From NCBI GenBank assembly GCA_963755915.1, contig CAVWLP010000002.1, forward strand, positions 3,968,001 to 4,032,000: a stretch of 64,000 nucleotides of DNA, written 5' to 3'. The position numbers and the translations under genes are program-made. How positions within the stretch are numbered: the stretch's first letter is position 1; every line of letters starts with the position of its first letter. The DNA is from an uncultured Phycisphaerales bacterium (GTDB lineage Bacteria; Planctomycetota; Phycisphaerae; Tepidisphaerales; Tepidisphaeraceae). This document shows positions 59,433 through 64,000 of the stretch, in pieces. Below the pieces are notes generated by a model. That model had not been told where the DNA came from. It searched no databases and was given only the letters and a program-made list of their open reading frames with translations.

Positions 59433-61436
59433 TCAAACGGTTGACGTAACCGCCAGTTTATGCCGCCTCCGTCGCAGGATCGTGATAGAGCCGGTTGCGA
59501 GCAAAGTTGCCGTGCCGGGTTCTGGTACGGCAGCGATCGTGGGCAACGGGAGGTTGTTCGCGACGGCGAAGGCGTTGAGGGCGGCGATGTCGGCTGATGT
59601 GACGACCACGTCGGCGCCACTGTCGCTGTAGCCGTAGTTTGCTGAAAGGGCGCTCCAGTCGCTGCCGTTGACGGAGGAGGTGTAAAGGAAATTGCCCTGG
59701 TCCCAGTTGGTATCGCCCAAGCCGAAGTCGGCGGCGAGGATGGAGAAGTCGGATCCGTTGACGGTGCCGTCGAGGTTGGCGTCACCAAGCAGCGTGTATT
59801 TTAATTCGATTTGACCGGAGGTCAGGCCGGAGACAATGCCGTCGGTGCCGTCGGAGAAGCCGATGCCGTAGTAGTGGCCGCTGGTGGGGGACTGGGCGGC
59901 GGAGGAGATGATGCCTGGGCCGTTCCATTGGCCGTTGTTATAGCCGTTCTTGAGGTAGGTATAGATTGTAGACATCGGGTCGCTGCCGGAACCGTAATCA
60001 ATGAAGACGTGATTGTTGGCGATGTCGAACGTGGAATTGGCTTCGACAGTCAGGGAGTTGACTGTGCTGGCACCGCTGTTTGTGGAAAGGGCGAGAGTCG
60101 TGGCGTGGGTGCCGTCGCCGACGACAAGCGTGCCGCTGGTGATAGCGCCGCCACTTGAGATGGTGGCCGAGCTTGAGCTGGAGATGGTGAGGGTTCCGTT
60201 GGGATCCGTGGAAGAATAGGAGATTGAGCTTCCACCGGGGCCGGCGCTCGCGCTGGCCGTGGCGGTCCCACTGCCGCCGGCGGAGTCTTCGACGCTTATG
60301 CCGTTGGCAGTTGCCAGGGCGTCGGCCCCTCCACCGGGGGCTTCCGTGCCAGAGCCGCCTGTCGCTGAGGCGGAGGCGTAGGCGGTTCCGGTCGCGCTGG
60401 TTGCGGTTGCGGTTGCGGTTGCGCCTCCGGCAAAACCACCAACCCCGCCGGTGGCGGTGGCGCTCGCCGAAGCGTTGCCGGAATTCGCGACTGCGGTCGC
60501 GTCGGATGTCGCATTGCCCCCGGTGCCCGCGCTGGGGCCGCCGGTTAAACCACCGTAGGAAGTGGCGTTGGCGCTTGCGCTCCCAGTGCCATTTGTTTCC
60601 GCGTCGGCCGAAGCGGTCCCAGAGCCCGCCTCACCGGAGTCGGCATTTGCGGGCAATTCATACCCGTCAACATCCGTATCATTCGCGATGGCATTCGCCG
60701 TTACGTTGGTGGACGAGGCGTTCGTCGAAATGACCTGCGTGGAGGCTGATCCGTTGCCGGCGTTGTAGGTATCTACGCCATAACCCCCGTAGCCGTAGGT
60801 TGTTGCCGTAAAGCCTGACTCCCCGTCATTTGCCGTCACCTCGAGGCTTGCGCTTCCACTGCTCCCCGGGGAAAGGTCCCAATCGTCTCCGTTATTTCCG
60901 CCGACCGCGGTTTCGACGAGGGTTACGCTTCCGCCATCGGACGAGCCGCTGACGCAGTTCGACAGGGTGATGTCAGCGTTTACGCTGCTTGAAGCGCTTG
61001 CCACCGCCCCAAAGTCTGCAGTGGCGCTTCCGCTACCATAGGCCGTTGCGGTTGCCGACCCACCAGCGTTGCCACCCGTAGCGCCAGATCCGCCCTGAGC
61101 ATATCCCGTTGCAGTTGCATTTGGGGAATCGGGCTGACCGGAGGCAGTTGCATTGGCTGTCGCGTTCCCGCCGTTTCCACCGTTCAGGCCTTCTCCACCA
61201 AAAGCGTTCGCCGATTGGGCCATGTCAGACCCGGAAGCAATCGCCGTTGCGCTTCCGCCGTTTCCGGAGGCCCCCGAAGCGTTACCGCCATAGGCATAAA
61301 CGCTTCCGTCGCCCGTTTCCGTGTCGTCCGTTCCGTCGGTCGCCTGAGCAGAACGGACCGCTAAATGGGAAAAAGCTGCGAGGTATCCAATTGCGGCGGC
61401 TGCGGTGACGATTGCAACTCGATTCTGTTTAGGCAT
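59433..61436 (-). CDS. Gly/Ala/Ser/Thr-rich secreted PEP-CTERM protein with a dockerin-like domain
   Basis: Signal peptide, low-complexity GG-A-A-A repeats, GDANLDGTVNGSDF, VPEP-hydrophobic-RRRR; aaggag RBS. Confidence 0.9.
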   Translation of the reverse strand: MPKQNRVAIVTAAAAIGYLAAFSHLAVRSAQATDGTDDTETGDGSVYAYGGNASGASGNGGSATAIASGSDMAQSANAFGGEGLNGGNGGNATANATASGQPDSPNATATGYAQGGSGATGGNAGGSATATAYGSGSATADFGAVASASSSVNADITLSNCVSGSSDGGSVTLVETAVGGNNGDDWDLSPGSSGSASLEVTANDGESGFTATTYGYGGYGVDTYNAGNGSASTQVISTNASSTNVTANAIANDTDVDGYELPANADSGEAGSGTASADAETNGTGSASANATSYGGLTGGPSAGTGGNATSDATAVANSGNASASATATGGVGGFAGGATATATATSATGTAYASASATGGSGTEAPGGGADALATANGISVEDSAGGSGTATASASAGPGGSSISYSSTDPNGTLTISSSSSATISSGGAITSGTLVVGDGTHATTLALSTNSGASTVNSLTVEANSTFDIANNHVFIDYGSGSDPMSTIYTYLKNGYNNGQWNGPGIISSAAQSPTSGHYYGIGFSDGTDGIVSGLTSGQIELKYTLLGDANLDGTVNGSDFSILAADFGLGDTNWDQGNFLYTSSVNGSDWSALSANYGYSDSGADVVVTSADIAALNAFAVANNLPLPTIAAVPEPGTATLLATGSITILRRRRHKLAVTSTV

Positions 61437-61910
61437 TTGAGTCTCCTTCCAGGATAAAATTTGGGGCGGTGCAATTATCTAGCGTATTGTGGCCACAACT
61501 GGGAATAATAAGTGCCAATTGTAATCAAACGAATAGAAGTGTAATAAAAAATCGATAGTTTTGAACAAGCCCTAAAAATTGCAAAGTTCTGCGAGCATGT
61601 CTGGTGTCGGTGCGGCATATTGGCGTTTGGGGGGGCGATATGGGGCGCGTGGCCGTGTTAGAACTGGGCGCAGCTAGAGGGCGGGAGAGGAAAATTTGGA
61701 TTGAGGGTACTCGTTCGGTGGGTGATCGCTGGGAAAGGAGGGAGCAAAACGAATCCGAGACGGGCATTCGTTGGCGTCTAGCGTAATAGTGTTGCGATGG
61801 AGCGCATGGCGGGTGAAGACGCGCCCGAATGACGCGCCCCGCAAGCGGGGCCGCTAAATCTGGCGATGGATGCCTGCTTGAGATATCCGCAAGCTTATTC
61901 GGGATGGAGG

Positions 61911-62927
61911 TCAGAATCCTGCTGGGTCGGGGTAGGGGTTGCCTGAATGGACCTGGCGGAGCACATCCTTGCGTGTAGTGAGTTCGGCGTGTCCGTCACA
62001 GAAGGATGCGTTTCCATACCCGTCCTGATTGACGGCTTTTATGGCAGTCGAATTGGAAGTTGCATTGGAGGAGTGGCGGGGGGAAACGGTGTTTACGCTG
62101 CCAAGGAGCCACTTAGTGGGATCAAATTTCGCGGCGGCGTCGTCGAGGGTTTGGGAGTCCTCGCAAATGAACAACACAATGTTGCTGCTGTTCTTGATGG
62201 AGGAAATTTTGCCGTTGTAGATCCATCCATTTCGAAGGCCCTGCGGGAAATTTGAGAAATTAGTTACCTGGATTGTGGGCGGATTGCTAACAAAATCGTT
62301 CATGCTGTAGCTATACCGAAATGGATTGGTGGGATCGCCGTTGGGTCGTTGGAGCCGGTCATCGCCGGGACAGATAAAAACATGGTCGTAGTTGGCGGAG
62401 ACGACGTTGGAAACAGGCAGGCCGCCGGCGCCGGTACTACTGCTCAGGATAAATGGAATGCCCAGATATTTCGCAAGGCCGGAATAGGTAATATTCTGAT
62501 CGATGACCTTGTTGCTGGTATCTGCAAGGCCTGTCATCGGATCGACGGATCGTTCCCAGGCGATCCAGTTTGCGGTGGCGGTGGGATCCACCGTTCCCGA
62601 GCCGTAGGGAGTAAATCCGCCGCCGGTCCCTTGCGGTTCTCCGTTATTCCATATCGTCTGGCTCGTGCCGGCACCGCAAGGCATCCAGAGTTGGTTTTCA
62701 TCAGTGTACATCAGCACCGCGTTGCTGAGTTGGCGCAAATTGCTGAGACACGCAGCACCCTGGGCAGAACGGCGCGCTTTTGTGAGGGCGGGCAGAAGTA
62801 CAGCAACCAGAATGGCAATGATGCCGATGACAACCAGCAATTCGACGAGGGTGAATGCGACGCTGCGGGGACGGAGGAGTGAGCTATCGTTGGAATTGAA
62901 TTGGCGATGGTTTGAAGAAGTGGTCAT
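61911..62927 (-). CDS. DUF1559 prepilin-type N-terminal methylation protein
   Basis: [50 protein letters not shown]; gaggtg RBS. Confidence 0.93.
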   Translation of the reverse strand: MTTSSNHRQFNSNDSSLLRPRSVAFTLVELLVVIGIIAILVAVLLPALTKARRSAQGAACLSNLRQLSNAVLMYTDENQLWMPCGAGTSQTIWNNGEPQGTGGGFTPYGSGTVDPTATANWIAWERSVDPMTGLADTSNKVIDQNITYSGLAKYLGIPFILSSSTGAGGLPVSNVVSANYDHVFICPGDDRLQRPNGDPTNPFRYSYSMNDFVSNPPTIQVTNFSNFPQGLRNGWIYNGKISSIKNSSNIVLFICEDSQTLDDAAAKFDPTKWLLGSVNTVSPRHSSNATSNSTAIKAVNQDGYGNASFCDGHAELTTRKDVLRQVHSGNPYPDPAGF

Positions 62928-63380
62928 TCTCACCTCGTATTGGCGCAGCGGATGTGGAATGGTGATACCGAGCGGCTTCCGCACACTTGAAGTGGCAAGG
63001 TATCGGGTAGGCCGCCTTTTGAACCTCCGATAGGATAACGAGCCGCTAATCGGTATTCGTTCCCGTTTAGCGAAATAGTCTTGCGATGTGGCGCACAGGG
63101 GAGGGTGAAGAGGCGCACTGCGGTTCGACACAGCTCACCGAAGTCGAGCGGGGCGGCTATACGAGAAGAGAGGATGACTTTGAGTCTTGGTCTGGGGTGG
63201 GGCGGGATCTTAGCGGAAAATCGCAAAAGTATTGCGCAATTTTGCAACTCTCTTCTGAGCGGACGTAAGTTAGAATCCCGCCCGTGGAGCGAAAGTGCGA
63301 CTTTGACTCATTTCCGTAAAGCGTTGAAGTGTAAAGCGAAGCACGACTCCATTGCCCGGTCTTTGTAAAAGGAGGCAGTT

Positions 63381-64000
63381 ACGAGGCTCACATCTGAAAG
63401 AATCGTCGCCGGCGACTTAAATTACGTCTCCCGCAGGGGTTTCACGCTGGTCGAACTGCTAGTGGTTATTGGTATTATTGCGATACTTATAGGCATTCTC
63501 CTGCCAGCACTCACCAAGGCGCGGAGGCAGGCGCAGGCGACTCAGTGTATGAGTAATCTGCGGCAGCTCGCGACCGCGGTTGTGAGTTACACAGAGGACA
63601 ACGACAGTTGGATGCCTTGCCGTGCGGGAGACACTAATACGGGATGGAGTAATGGCATAGCGACTACATCTGATCCTACCACCATCAATGGTGTGGGAGC
63701 GCCGGATAACACGGGGATGTGGATCGCTTGGCACTATATCAACGATCCTTATACAGGACTTACAAGCCAATTCGGAATACCGAGCGGCACATCGGACAAC
63801 GACCAGAATCTGAGCTATTCGTCGTTGGCGAAATATCTTGGAATTCCGTATACCAAAAGTGTCTATGCGGCAAGCGCCGGCACTCCCGGTGTTCCCCTCT
63901 CGAATGACGTTAACGCTCAGTTTGCCAATGTTTTTCGCTGTCCGGGCGATGATGTCCAGTCCCGGCCGAAAACGCAGGCTAACGCGGCAAATAACCAGGA
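63381..64000 (+). CDS. DUF1559 prepilin-type protein (3'-truncated by window; apparent ACG start)
   Basis: [44 protein letters not shown]...FRCPGDD is open to the window end; not in the ORF track. Confidence 0.9.

Overview
GC-rich bacterial chromosomal window, most likely Planctomycetota (Phycisphaerae/Tepidisphaerales-like). This is inferred from DUF1559 prepilin-type proteins and PEP-CTERM proteins with dockerin-like C-termini. At least 15 genes carry single-base frameshifts, often in homopolymers and including fmt, which suggests long-read assembly errors rather than decay. Layout: 0-6.7 kb is a type II PKS/FAS-like cluster (acyl-CoA ligase, condensation-like protein, two ACPs, KS, CLF-like KS) interrupted by an IS481 and a MITE, followed by msrAB. 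8-18 kb is an accessory block with IS21, a nuclease-like ORF, a VapC/DUF104 TA pair, and two different IS4-family elements each inserted in a copy of the same ~53-bp dif-like target. 18-38.7 kb holds housekeeping and signalling genes (def, fmt, SSS transporter, comB, NtrC-type regulator, heme-c sensor kinase, PP2C phosphatase, GH30, pilT/pilM, hemW, tRNA-His). 38.9-49.3 kb has two convergent sugar/sugar-acid catabolic operons, including a MocD-MocE-NqrF-like triple fusion. 49-64 kb holds PEP-CTERM proteins, a TPR-glycosyltransferase, an MFS transporter, a sialidase-like protein and two DUF1559 paralogs. Most notable: (i) the putative self-sufficient MocD/Rieske/NqrF-like oxygenase fusion; (ii) site-specific IS4 insertion into tandem dif-like sites; (iii) a 24/30-bp frame-preserving palindromic micro-element found inside other repeats and genes, tandemly amplified in istA and itself targeted by IS481; (iv) a MITE that rebuilds the start of the gene it interrupts.
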